The position numbers and the translations under genes were made by a program. From Camelus ferus (lineage: Eukaryota), in assembly GCF_009834535.1 (NCBI RefSeq), contig NC_045696.1, forward strand, positions 87,856,001-87,920,000: a DNA stretch of 64,000 nt. The letters run 5' to 3'. Within the stretch, counting starts at the first letter, position 1. Each line of letters begins with the position of its first letter. The notes beneath the pieces were generated by a model, which saw only the letters and a list, made by a program, of their open reading frames with translations, searched no databases and was not told where the DNA came from. This document shows positions 13,600 through 26,662 of the stretch, piece by piece.

Positions 13600-13800
13600 A
13601 GCAATTATACCAGGTCCTGAACTAAGTAAGTTATGTGTCTTAATTTATTCCTCACAATAACTCTGTAAGGTAGACAACATTATCCCATTTTACAGGTAAG
13701 AAAACTGAGGGTTAGAAATATTAAGTAACCTGTCTAGGATAATACATCTTAAGCCGTTTGTCACAAGGGCTAGATTTAGGACTAGTTACACAGTCCATTT
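13600..13800 (-). mobile_element. MIR SINE
   Basis: cctcacaataactctgtaaggtag...attatcccattttacaggtaagaaaactgagg...ttaagtaacctg. Confidence 0.85.
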
Positions 13801-14903
13801 CTACTAGTCATTCTAGTTCATACCAATACTCTACAAGAAAGCTTTCTCTTTGTATTCTAGCATTCTAGGGATACCAGAACCCTCTCAACCCAGAAAAGCA
13901 AAGGCACTTCTAATGTAAATACATGTTTCAGGTAGTATAGGTCTTGCCATAGTGCAGATTCTTAAATAGTTATCAAATTGAAACACATTCTTTAGCAGCT
14001 AGTGTACCTATTTTTTTTTTATCTCCAAGGAGCATTGCCTTTTTAAAATAAAAATGAATGCAATGGAAGGGAGGGACAGGGGCAGTTCAAGTTACTGTAA
14101 CCAGGAAGTCTTTACACACCATCTGCCATGAGGCGTGTTGTCTAACAATGCAGACCCAGTGGTTGTGGGCAACCAAGTAGAGTCAAGCAGTTCATAGCTT
14201 AATTGCCTTCTAAGTTTTACAGCACCAAGAAAAGGTTTGACCCTACCATGCAAGCTGACAGGAAAATGTGTCTTCTTAAAACCTCATCTCAAAAAATTCT
14301 TCAACCCATAGGCAGATATGTTTATCTGTCTTCCTGTGTGTAAAAGAAAATGCATCCACGGAGACAAGCTTCACTAAAAGAATTATAAAAAAAAAAAAAA
14401 AAAAAAAACACTTGGGTACATTTGCAGCCCATGTCTTATTTCCAAAGGACTCTCATGGGGAAAGCCATGGAAAATGTCCCAGTGATAGTATTTCCAGGGC
14501 TTAATTTCATAACAATCTATATATCCAAGGGATATCTGGCTTCTAAGGAATATCTGAGTGCCAAACAGCAGTTAACGTTCATTTACAAAACAGTATAAAA
14601 GCCTCAATAAATATTGACTCACATTTGTCAAAGATAATGCTAACTTACTAAGGTATCTATTCATTGTCTTTTATAGGATTTAGTATCACTTGTCCTTCAC
14701 CTTCAAAAAATACTTTGAAAAAATGCCATGTCCCTGCACACCCTCTCCCACATGCTCACACACAAAGGTGACTGTTTAGTCAGAAAAGCAATGTTTTGGA
14801 AGTCCTTGCTGCACCACTTCCAGCGATATAATCTCTTGCCAGCCACCCCTTTCCTGATTTGACTGTTTCCTCTTGTGTAAAATTGAGGTAACAGCACTGT
14901 CTA

Positions 14904-15537
14904 CATTTGATTGTCATTATTCAAGGTAGATACATTCTATAAAGTGGCCACAAACACTAAATGAGCAAATACTGAGCCACTGTTCCTAGAGAAAATACAG
15001 GGTTAGGTTCCTGTGAGTCTCTGGTCACATTTCCATCAACCAATGAATATTAACCTTTTTAATATGTATTTCTGCTTAAAGATACCATATTAAATATATA
15101 TTAATGATTCATTAACATTGAACTCATGGCCAACACTCTAATGCCTGAGCAAGCTTTTCTAATACATGTGTTTTTTTCCAAAAGGCTTGTCACAACCCCC
15201 TTACAGTTAGAAACAGTAGACAGCACTGTGCTTGTGGTCATATTAAATAGCAAAATCACCAACAAAAAGCACAAAAGTGTGAAATGTGACACAAAACTAA
15301 ACAGACTATGAAAGTGACACTTGTTTTGGTCTGAGAGCTGAAACAAGAAGGCAGGGCATAGACTTGATCAACATAAGCTGGCAATGTTAACTTGGGGCAA
15401 CTAAAATTTCTACCACACCAAGCATGCCTGTGAATGGCCTCGAAAGTGCTAAGAGTTTTGACTTTGAGGGTGCAAATAAATTTTAGCAATTAGGTGAAAA
15501 TGAAAATAAAGAACTGGCTAGTAATGAGGATTGATTA
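14904..15537 (+). mobile_element. MER82-like TcMar-Tigger non-autonomous DNA transposon
   Basis: Decayed TIRs (catttgattgtcattatt ... agtaatgaggattgatta) flanked by TA. The internal gcaaatactgagccactgttcctagagaaaatacagggttaggttcc matches the recalled MER82 consensus. Confidence 0.8.
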
Positions 15538-15694
15538 TACTTAGGAATATTAAAAATCAAATTCTGATTTCCTTAGATATAATTCTTTAGATAATTAAAT
15601 AGAAGTCCTGGAAGTTATTTGTCATTAATATGCCAAACGTGTCTAGACCTCCTTCCATACCTTTCACATGATCCTAGGTCTCAGGAGATGAAGA

Positions 15695-16582
15695 GAATGA
15701 ACAGACAGATGAAAGATGCTTAACATCGCTAATTATTAGAGAAGCACAAATGAAAACCACAATGACATATTTCCTCACACCTGTCAGAATGGCTATCATC
15801 AAAAAGTCTACAAATAACAAATGCTGGAAGGATGTGGAGAAAAGGGAACCCTCGTAATGTTGTTGGTGAGAATATAAATTGGTGCAGCCACTATGGAAAA
15901 CAGTATGGAGTTTCCTTAAAAAACTAAACAGAACTACCATATGATCCAACAATTCCACAGCGGGGTATATATCTGGAAAATATGAAAACACTAATTTGAA
16001 AAGATACATGCACCCCAATGTTCACAGCAGCATTACTTAAAATAGCCTAAATATGGAAGCAACCCAAGTGCCCATGAATAGACAAGTGGATAAAGAAGAT
16101 GTGGTGTATATTTATATATGATGAATGAAATATTACTCAGTCATAAAAGGAAAAAGAAATTCTACCATTTGCAGCAACATGGATGGACCTAGAGAATACT
16201 ATATGCTTAGTGAAGTAAGAGAAACAAAGAAATACTGCATAATATCACTTATATGTGGAATCTGAAAAATAATGCAAATGAATATATATGCAAGACAGAA
16301 ACAGACTCCTAGACATAGCAAACAAACTATTGGTTACCACTGGGGACAGGCAAGGGGGAAGGGACAAATTAGGAGTCTATGAGGTCAAAAGATACAAACT
16401 ACTATGTATAAAATAGATAAGTAACAAGGATATATTGTACAGCACAGGGAATTATAACTATAATTATAATTATCTTATAATAACTTGTAATGGAGTTATA
16501 ATCTGTAAAAATACTGAATGACTGCTTTATGCATGAAACTAACATAATATTGCAAATCAACTCTACTTCAATTTTAAAATAA
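15695..16582 (+). mobile_element. LINE-1 3' fragment (end of ORF2 plus cetartiodactyl-type 3' UTR)
   Basis: cacctgtcagaatggctatcatcaaaaag, ggtgcagccactatggaaaacagtatggag, and a 3' end aaatcaactctacttcaattttaaaa. Confidence 0.93.
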
Positions 16583-18104
16583 GAAGAAGAGAAGGCAAAG
16601 CTCTAACAAAGACTGGTAAAGATATTGATTTGCAAGGGTCCAAGGGGCTGAAGCAACAACAGAAAGGCTGACTGTGAACTGTTTATGCCATGTTGGTACT
16701 AAATGATTTTCACTCATTCGTTTATTCAGCAAACAATTTGATATCATAGGAACTCTGTCAGGCAGCAGGTACCCAGAAAAGAAGGCAGTATACCCACTCC
16801 CTTCCAGGACTGTCCTCAGCTTCCTGGAGAATATACACAGGCTAGACTTTTGTAGCTCACCCTGTTCATGCAGGAAATGGAAAAGTACGCTAGTATTTGC
16901 TTCCATGTTTATCTTCCCAGACTAGTCTATTCTCCTGGATCGATCATACTGGGAAAGTGGGGTGAAGATTAAAGCAGAACAGTAACTAGCCCTCCTTCCC
17001 TGAGGGTTAGTATAGGCTGAAATGTACATGAGAGCAAGATGGAAACTGTCAGAGGATATCTTCCTGTTAACCAATTATTATTGATGATGTTGGGAACAAA
17101 GTTATATCCGTGTAAGTCACCAGCTTCATGTCTATTTTCTTTGAATGAATGAGTATTTTGAAGAAGTACTACAGACTGATTTTTTAGAAGGCTAATGTTT
17201 TTTAAGACATGCTAAAAGGGCTGGTATGTGCTCTCCCCTGTACTTTAAGGATTTCAGACCATCAATATAACCGTGTAACAAAGCACTGATCACGCCTCTG
17301 CTAACAGAATGTAAGTTGAAATTCAATGCTGGTACAAATAATTTCTATTCCTAAAACTGAATTTTCAACATACAAAATTAAGAAACAGCAGCACAAGTTC
17401 ATTTGGAGATGATCTGAGTCTGACCCTCCTGCACTGAAAGTGAGTCACATCTTCTCAATTTCCTACTGTCAATGGCTGTACCATCACCAATCATTCCAGT
17501 CAGTATGTGACAGAAAAGAGTTTTAAATCATATCTTAAAGTCAGGTTTTCATCATCCTTTTCTTAACCCTAACTATCCAATTCTCAAGAGTTGGATATTG
17601 TGCCTATTTTTATCCCCATTTTAACTGTATTTTACTTTAATGTTCTAGGATGTTCATTGTCATCTATCATTAACTCTTCTTTTTGATTATATAGAAAAGT
17701 GAACTGGTAAGAGAGGAAGTAAGTGTCCCAGTTCTTCTCATGTTAATAGAGTGCTAGCACATTTGTAGATTCTTTGCACAAGCAAGGGAATAGCATTTCT
17801 TACTTTGGTAAATATTAACATTCTAAGGGGGAGAGCTCAAATAAGAAAGCATGTGACTACAGCTTCATCATGGTGTCGCTGTTAGCACACGCTCACCTAC
17901 ACACCATTCAGTGTGTGAGCATTTATTGAGGGTCTGCTACTTCCCAGGTGTTGTGCTGAAATAATGCTGGTATTAGGGAACCACTGGACCACACTGTCTA
18001 ATTTGAATGGATACTATGTGGAGTTTCCTCTTGTGTCCCATGGTTAATACTACCACACACATCTCACCTGAAAAGAAAGCCTGGAAAGGAAAGTCAGAAG
18101 TTTT

Positions 18105-18270
18105 TACAAGTGACCTCATTTAATCCTCATAGTAACTGTGAAAGGAAGGCCATCCAGCCCTTACAGATGAAGAAGCTGAGCTTCAAAGAGGACAAACACA
18201 AACACATTTGACCAGTGATGTGTAGTTTTACAGGGGCAGAGCTGGAAATGAAATGCAGGTTAATCTGAAC
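18105..18270 (-). mobile_element. MIR SINE
   Basis: cctcatttaatcctcatagtaactgtg...ttacagatgaagaagctgag. Confidence 0.75.
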
Positions 18271-20082
18271 TTTACTCTGTTCCGCTCTTCTTTGATCTTT
18301 GGAGTTACAAGGACCTCCCTATCTTCAAGAATCCACTAAAGCAAACACCCTTAAGGGGATCATACTTCATGCTTCTATCAGCAAAGGAACACCTTCCTTT
18401 TCAGCCAGTGCTTCAGGAAGAATCCACCAGTCACCTGCATGCTTGAATAAAAGCCAAGAATGGTATCACAGCTGGAGGGCAGATCAAGGACATAGTAAAG
18501 GTAAGAAGGAAGGAAATTTTAAGTTCTTTTATTTCCACAATTACCAAGGGCCAGCCTGGTCTATAATTCTTCTTTCCTCATATTTTGTTTCAGTGGATTT
18601 ACTGGAAACAGATACATTCATTACCTATAGAAACCTATAAAATATCTAAAGAAAAAAAAAAGATTTCCCCCCTTTTGGGATACTGACATCCACAACTCCC
18701 AAAGTCCCTGAGAAATAAAAGGTTATCTTATTTCTCAAATGCTTATACTTCTTTTGTTTCAGTAATTGCAAGTGGCTTTGAGTATAGACTCCCAATGTGT
18801 TCTCTAAGTGTTTTTCTTCTGCATAAAACATGAAATTGTCAAGCGTGGAAGACTACACAGTTCACTGCAGCCACCAGAAGTCATTGATTCCTGCATTTAT
18901 TTCTTCCAGATTTCAAATCTATTTTTCATGCTGCTTGCCACATAGGGTTGACGTGTCACAAGATGCTGCTACATACTGAAGTGATGCATAACCATCGGAT
19001 AAAATTTTCAAAGAATAATACATTTTAAATGCCTCTCTATTTAGTTTGATATACACAGAAAATTGCCCCCAAAATCAACCTTTATGGAAGTAATATAAGA
19101 AAAGGAAGTTATTTCTCATTTAAACCCATGAAAAACTAATAAACAACAAAAGTTAAAAAAGTCTCCAGGAGACTTTAAATGCATAGATTAACAATGCTTA
19201 TTAAAATATCATTGAAAAGTTGGTTGATAATACCCTTTCATCTCTCTTCTTGATATCTCACAGTCTGGGATCTCAGTCCCATAGGATTATCATTTAATTG
19301 TGGTGCTGATTCTCTGAGCCATCTGAAGATCCCTTCATTTACTAAGGATCAACTTTTCTCAACTTTTAAATCTTACCTCTTCTCTGGAAATGATTATGGG
19401 CCAGAAGAAATAAAAGTCATTTTTATCCAACAGCACTACAGTGATTCAAGTATTTCTGTAATAAGATAAATATATGCATATATATATCCTACAATTATAG
19501 ATAAAGCAACATTACTGAGTTATGTCAATAGAATAATGTTGGTACAAGGTAAGTGACAGGGCTTGCCGTAGCCTGATGACCCAAGGTCTGGGCAAAAAGT
19601 CTCAACAGATTACAGATCAAGAGAACCAAGCCATCATCTCTGCTTTGCTGTGAAAGTATATAAAGTAAAAACACTCATCAGGCCACACTGCCCTCTCTAT
19701 CCTAACACACACAGATGCACATACATACTCTCATCTGGCCCCCCCCGTCCCATACCAAAGCAGATGAAAATGCTGGCACCACATTCTCACTGGACAAATT
19801 TCTTCATGCAGAGTGAGCCCAGTGAAATAAGGAAAAGATGAGTTAAATATTAAAAAGGTAGGAAAATACAGCATTCCCTCTAACGACACATTAGATGTTA
19901 TTTTTCTACATTAATGAGCGTGTTTCTACTTGACACTTGGCTTTGAGTTACTTAGAAAGAAAGCTGTGAAATTAACTCATGCCACATGGCTGACATGACT
20001 GTGTCTTCAGTGCCTTCTGATCTCTTCTGTCTCAACTCTTGCCCTGTGTTCTCATTATTTCTGCTACCCAATTACTAACCTA

Positions 20083-20159
20083 TTAGGGTGATCTATGTGA
20101 AATTGGCAATAGTGAAATTTTAAACTATAAAAATGGCAATTTGATGTTTCGGCCCGTAA
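20083..20159. mobile_element. MADE2-like mariner MITE (~80-bp hairpin element)
   Basis: ta-ttagggtgatctatgtgaaattggc...taaaaatggcaatttgatgtttcggcccgtaa resembles the recalled MADE2 consensus with decayed TIRs. Confidence 0.7.
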
Positions 20160-21660
20160 TTCAGTTTACCTGTCTCACTGCGTGATGGGTTAGCTTTTCT
20201 TTACTTGCTTTCCCATACCCGGCCCCTCCTACATTTACTTGGCCAACTCTGACTCATTGTTTAGGTCTCTGCTTCTATGCTTCTTTCTCTAGCAAAATTT
20301 TCATGTAAAAAAAAAAAAATGAGTTCTGTGCTTCTCCTAATCAGAAAAAAAAAAAAAAAGACACACACACACACACACAAGATTCAACCTTTGTTGTTCT
20401 CATATATAGCTATCTATAGCATCCACTGTTTGGAACATAGCTGCATTGAATCCTTCTACCTGTTTTATTATTCTGTTTCTGACAACTTACCCCACCCTAG
20501 AAATACCTGCATAGGCTGGGCATTTATTCATTCTTCTTGTTAATTAAAGCTTACTTTGATGCCATTACCTTCCTCAGCCAGATAAGCAATCACAACCACC
20601 TGCCACAAATGTTTTATTCTCTAAATTGGATAAATTCCCCAACCTCTAGACTTTCTGCTTAAAAATAGTTTTATATGTAGACAATAGTTTCTATTTAAGT
20701 CATAGGGAAAGCTCTGTTTTTCACCTTATTAGTCACCAGTACAATTCCAGGTGCTGCAAGTACCTAATCTGATTCTTATCAATACGGACCAAATTATCTG
20801 TCCTGACGCTAGGATGCTTCAGAAAAACAGCCCCACAAGATGCTATTATAGATCCAAATAGTACTCAGACTGTTGCCTGAACTTGAGTTCTTTGAAGTGG
20901 ATAAAACTTTTCTAACTCAGCAAAAATCTAATACTGATTTTTAAGGAGAATTTCTAATACATTCCCCAGTAGATCGACAATAGCATAGACATGACATATT
21001 AACTTTATTATTAAAAGGGGTCACCATAGGAGGATAGCAATTATAGATGGAGAAGAAAAAGACAACCTAAAGTGTTTCCTTCTAAGAAAATGTATCTTGA
21101 GATTATCTTTTAATCTAATGATTACCAGGACTAGGGCAAACCATGAAGCAAAGATACAGGGCAATATTGAGATTTGGGCAATAAAACAATTTGGACTCCT
21201 AACAAAGAAGTCATGCTTCAGGTTACTGAAACTAATTTCTGAAGAACTTAATATTTAGGGCAAAAGAGCCACTAAATTTTATATAGTTATAAACAAAGTT
21301 GAGTACACAGAAAAAAGGTAAATGGTTTACCTATATAGAAACATAGTATTTTCCTGAAATATATTCATAGACACACCAAAAATATAAAGAAATGAAATTT
21401 AGGACTACATGTTTCACATCAAAATCAACCTGATGAAACAATCTATTGAGTAAAATGTATTCATTTATTTCATTTAACAATTATTTATCAATATTTGTCA
21501 AGAATCTACCACTGTACTGGGCACTGAGAAGACAAGGGCAATGATTCATTGCCCTAGAAGTGTATGCACAGAAATTTTCAGTCTAGTAGAATAAGAATGA
21601 ACAAACAAAAAGAAAATGTAACTAACAAGTACTACGATCCAACACTCCACCTATGGTGGT

Positions 21661-21815
21661 GGGGAGGGTATAGGTCAGTAGTAGAGTTGCATGAGGTCCT
21701 GGGTTCAATCCCCAGTACCTCCATTAAAATAAATAAGCCTAATTACCACCCCCCTCAACAAATAAATAAATAAATAAGAACTTCTCACTTAAAAAAAACA
21801 TAGAAACAAGCAAAA
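21661..21815 (+). mobile_element. Camelid tRNA-derived SINE (Vic-1 type)
   Basis: ggggagggtataggtcagtagtagag (A box), gaggtcctgggttcaatccccagtacctcc (B box) and a (TAAA)n tail. Degenerate TSD aacactccacct / aacactcgactt. Confidence 0.85.
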
Positions 21816-22864
21816 CAACACTCGACTTGTGAAACATGGCAAGAGTCAAGGACACATTTCTGTAGGACCTCAGCAGACCACACAAATTCAGAGCATAGTC
21901 TTAAATCTTCCATCACATTGATTTACTTCCTCCAACCAACATATTTCACCAACAGGCAAATAGTTAAGAGAACTATCTCAACTACAACATTTGGCCAGAC
22001 CAGAGAGCTCAAGTTTTCGAGAGCTGTTGTTGTGTAATGGCACAAGGGTAGACAAGCACCACTGAGATGTATGTTCAAAGTCATTTCTCCATGCCTCTAC
22101 TTTCTGAAGATTCATGGCGATTTCCTGTCTGTCCAACCCCAGCTCCTCCCCAACACTTCAAAGAGCTTAAAGTTAAAAGGACGTTCATGTGCAGGTGAAT
22201 CATAAGAATAATGATCAAAATCACCTGACTATTCATAAGCAATAATTAAAAAGGATTATTATATTATCACATAACAAAAGAAAGCAGCAGGCAGAGGAAA
22301 ATGAATAGGGAATTTTAGGTATAAATTTTAACCAAAGACAAAACTGACTTTTCTTCTGGAACTAAAGTTTTGAGGATTAACTCAATTCTTACACACACAA
22401 AAACCCAGGCTGAGAAAGAGATTTAAGTCAGGAGGGAATATTTCTTTGTCAGGTAGCCTTTAAACTTGTTGAGCTGAACCTATCAATGGGGTCAATTCCA
22501 TTGCACCTTCAAAGTAGATATGGTTAGTTTTTCAATTTAAAGTGAGTGCTTACTTTTAACACCAAGTGTTGCCAATAAAGTAGAATGGGATTATGCCCAA
22601 AGGGTGAAATAAGAAATTCTAAATCTTACATACTTTGAGGATGAAAACCTACTTGTGTCATCAACTGTGTATTTTTTAGGGGTGTATGTGTATGTGTGTT
22701 TTATCTTTCTCTAGGAAGTAAAAATAAAAATGTGTAAGGTCATTACCTGAGAAAAAGACAAGGCTCTTATCAACAGAGCCAACATAAAATAAGATTTCAC
22801 GTGCCAGATGATCCTGGCTGATGTACTAAGTTGTTATATTTTGAAAATCCATGACATGGACTCT

Positions 22865-24550
22865 GTCTCTGGCCAAGATGGAGTAAGAAGAATCATAGTT
22901 ACCTTCCTGACTAAAAAAAAAACTAGAAACCTAGACTAAATAGTTAAAAGAATAGACACTGGACATGAAGCAGTGCAGAACTGTGATTCCTAAGGTAACG
23001 AAAGAGACGAGCTGAGCCCTATGATTACTTCTTTGAAAAAGTCTGGTATGGCACCTGAACGAGGACCAGACAGCCCTGGCTATCTTGCTTAACTGAGGAG
23101 ACAGAGCTGGGAGCCCAGGGGGGACAAGGTGGCTTTGAAGAGCTGAGGACTTAAAAAGAGGGAGCTGGACAAAGAGTAAAATCCAAAGATTTCCAGAGCT
23201 CCCAATCCAGCCTCAGTATTGATTACCATGAGCGTGAGAGAACTACTTAAGGCCAGGGTAAGAACCACTTGAATGGATTAGGAGAAATAATTCTGAAAGT
23301 TTATACATGGGGCTGGAAATAATTTGTATCACCACCAGCCAGAGTGACAAAAACACTTGTAATTCAAAAGATATCTGGTAGACTACTCAGAGTGGGCTAC
23401 AGGGTGCCTCATTAGTGGGGAAATATCTTGCCTAGACCAAATCCAGATCTGGTCCCACCTAACTAATCTGACTTCTTACACAAAAGGATCAAGAAATGTA
23501 ATGGTGTCCCAGTACCAAGCCCAAGAATATTTAGAGGAATACAAAAATATCCAGCACCCAATAAGCAAAAATAATTCAAATTTGGTTGGTACGTAAGGGT
23601 ATCCAGTTGATACCTAAGGGTATCCAATCAAAAATTACTAGGCATGTAAAGAAGCTGTAACAAGGAGAAAAATAAAATTGATAAAAACTGACCCAGAAAT
23701 TGCACAAAGGATAGAATCTGTAGATAGGAACATTTAACCAGTTATTAAATAGCTGTTTGAACTATATTACATATGTTTTAGAATGTAGAAGGAAGATTTG
23801 GCATGTGAAGTAGAGACACACATCCAAATCAAACTTCTGGTGATGAAAACTGTGGTATCTGAGAGGAAAAACATATGAAGTGGGGTTAGCAGCAGATTAA
23901 ACAGTGCAGAAGAAAAACTACTTAATCTAAAGACATAGCAATAGATACTATGCAAAATGAAGTACAAACTGGAAAAAAAAAAAGGGACAGAATCAGTGAG
24001 CTGTGAGATGACTTCAGGCAGTCTAGTATATACACAAGTGGTGTCTTCAAAGGAGAAGAGAAACAAAAGAGAAACAAATATTTGAAAAAATAGCCAATTT
24101 TTTTCCTTATTTTATATAAACTATAAACCCACTGCTCCAAAAGTTTCAATAAACCACTAGTACCAGAAACAAAGAAAAACTATCCGAGGGTAATAGAATT
24201 AAATTGCTGGGGAAAAAAAGTGACAATGAGAAAACCTTAAAAGCACAGTTTGTACAGAGGAACAAAGAATCATCCTATGTTGTGCATTTGAAACAATGCA
24301 ATCCAAAATACAGTGGAGAAGTATCTATAAAGTAGAGAAGAAAAAAGTCTATCATCCTAGAATTCTGTAGACAGTCAAAATTATTTTTCTAAAATGAAAG
24401 AGAAATAATTACTTTTTCAGACAACAAAATGTCAAAAGAAATCATCACCAGCATGTCTGCAGCGCAACTAATGTTAAAAGAAGTCCTTTCAAACTGAAAG
24501 AAATTATATCAAACTGAAATCTGAATCTATGAAAAGGAATGTAGAGTAAC
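22865..24550 (+). mobile_element. Ancient LINE-1 5' UTR/ORF1 remnant (L1MC/MD-like)
   Basis: The 5' end reads ctctggccaagatggagtaag. The A-rich ORF1-like region includes cctagaattctgtagacagtcaaaatta...ttttcagacaacaaaa...atgttaaaagaagtcctt. Confidence 0.75.
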
Positions 24551-24659
24551 GGAAGGAGAGGAACACTCTGAATCATGTAAAGGAGACTACAAATTGAGAC
24601 ACCAATACAATAGACGCTAAAACATGAGAGGCATTCCCACGTGCAACATTTAGAATGGG

Positions 24660-24995
24660 AACAGAAATGAACTTATTTACAAAACAGAAACAGACTCACA
24701 GACACACATTGAACAAACATGATTACCGGGAAGGGGGTGGGAAGGGATAAATTGGGAGTCCGAGATTTGCAGACACTAACTACTATATATAAAATAGATT
24801 AAAAAAACAAGTTCATACTGTAAAGCACAGGGAACTATATTCATTATCTTATAGTAACCTATAATGAAAAAGAATATGGAAATGAATATATGTATGTTCA
24901 TGTATGACTGAAACATTATGTTGTACACCAGAAATTGATACATTGTAAATTGCCTATATTTCAATAAAATTAAAAAAAAAGGACAAAAAAAATAG
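24660..24995 (+). mobile_element. Short LINE-1 3' UTR fragment (cetartiodactyl/camelid type)
   Basis: aatgaacttatttacaaaacagaaacagactcacagac...gggataaattgggag...tgtacaccagaaattg...A tail. Homologous copies lie at 39.1, 43.4 and 50.5 kb. Confidence 0.92.
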
Positions 24996-26504
24996 AAACA
25001 GTCAAGAACTATTTTTGTGACTCTTGCACCCTCAGCCAGATTAGACATGAAAAGTGGTCAAAGACTTCTGAGATTGAAGTTGCCCCAGATTTCTATGGGA
25101 AAGAATACTGCCACATAGGTTCCCACCACCTCCTTTGATGTGGAATATGGAGTATTTTCCATCGCACTGCAAACCTGGGGAAAGTAGGCTTCTGGGAACA
25201 CTTGGAGAGTTTGTAGTTGGTGTCGTGGAGGATTTGTCCCTAATTCAAATTTGATAAATGTCACCTAATCCAGAACAGAAGTGAACGTATAGTTTGCCCT
25301 GACTCCCAAGCTTCTAAGAGCAAGGGCTATATGGATGTTTCCTAGGATGAAGGTTAACTACAAGGAAGAGGGCCAGTATGACATGATCTTGAATGCGATC
25401 CTACAGAGAAACCTAGGGGGATGGTGAGACCACAGGGGCAAGTACGCACAAGAGGAAATGAACACTGTATTCCAGAAAAAGATGTTGCAAGCAACTGCCT
25501 GGAATAAAGCATCTGCCCAAGTTGAGAACTGCAGGAAAGTGACCTGCGGGGCAGCAGTGGGAATGCATGGAAGTGCCCCAAGTGTCATCCTTAACCATCT
25601 GCTCAACTAAGAGGAAGCAAAGTCACTTGGCCAAGAGTCACTCTATCCTTTCGCTCTCTCATCAACTTTCTCCATCTGCTAAAATGTTAACAGGGCACAA
25701 GTCAAAAGCTATCACGTGGGGCAGAAGTTGTGTGTGGAGAAAAAGCAAAAATCAACCACACTCATTTGTGGAAGGCAGAAATCCACTGGATATGGGTCAA
25801 AACACAAAATACAAGAAGGGTAAGCTGGACCTTTGAATAAAGATTGTGTTGACTCCCTAAAATATCAACAGATGCCCTATTTTTAAAAAGGCAAAGCTAA
25901 CTTTATTAAGGGGGAAAAAATCTGGCTTTGCATTATTTGTTAAATGTTATCTTGAAGTCTGTTGAGTTTTAAAGTAATACACACGTCTATTTGTAGGTAC
26001 ACAAACAATTTTTAGAGATACATGCCAAGAAACAGTCGGTGGCTACTTCTGGAGAAAAAGAGCAAGCACTGAGGATAGAAAAGAGTCTTCCTTGCATATC
26101 TTTTACACTATTGGAGCCTTTTTCTTTCCTTATCATGTGGCATTGTGGCCTTCCTGCCCAGAGAAACTTAATTTTGTTCAGGATAGCAATGTCCTTCCTA
26201 AAGGGATGGATTTCAAATGCACACTAGTCATGACAATTATGTTCCCTGGTTTCCCAGCTCCCCTGAAATTAGGGGGAACATGTAATTTACTTATTTAAGA
26301 AAACCTTCAACAAATAGGCTGCATGGCATTGCCTTTTCCCCTTCTCCTCTCTTTTTGTCATAAAGGCGTAACTGTTGGCTGGAGCACACATATTACAGCA
26401 TCCGGAAAGGACGAAAGAACGAAAGAACCCCAGAGATTTTGATCCTGATGCTGTGGAACCAGGGAATCAAAGCCAGAACCTCCTAACCTCTTATTATCTA
26501 AGAT

Positions 26505-26662
26505 GACAAGCGTGTGTCCACCAGCTTCAGCAGATCACTTGATAGCTTGTTAGAAATGCAGATGCTCAGGCCCCTCATCGACCTACTCACTCTGGAACAC
26601 CAAGTTATTGATAAGATTCCAGCTGATTCAGACATATCAGAGTATGAGAATCGCTGCTCTAC
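26505..26662. mobile_element. MER5A-like hAT-Charlie element, apparently inserted into an old MLT1 LTR
   Basis: agcttgttagaaatgcagatgctcaggcccc...gagaatcgctgctcta. Confidence 0.75.

Noticed and set aside
13681..13700. Plus-strand cccattttacag|gtaag recursive-site look-alike
   Set aside because: It is a point variant of the MIR core and is antisense to the inferred gene.
21661..21725. tRNA-like sequence with A and B boxes
   Set aside because: It lacks a complete cloverleaf and has an AT-rich tail and TSD, so it is a SINE and not a tRNA gene.
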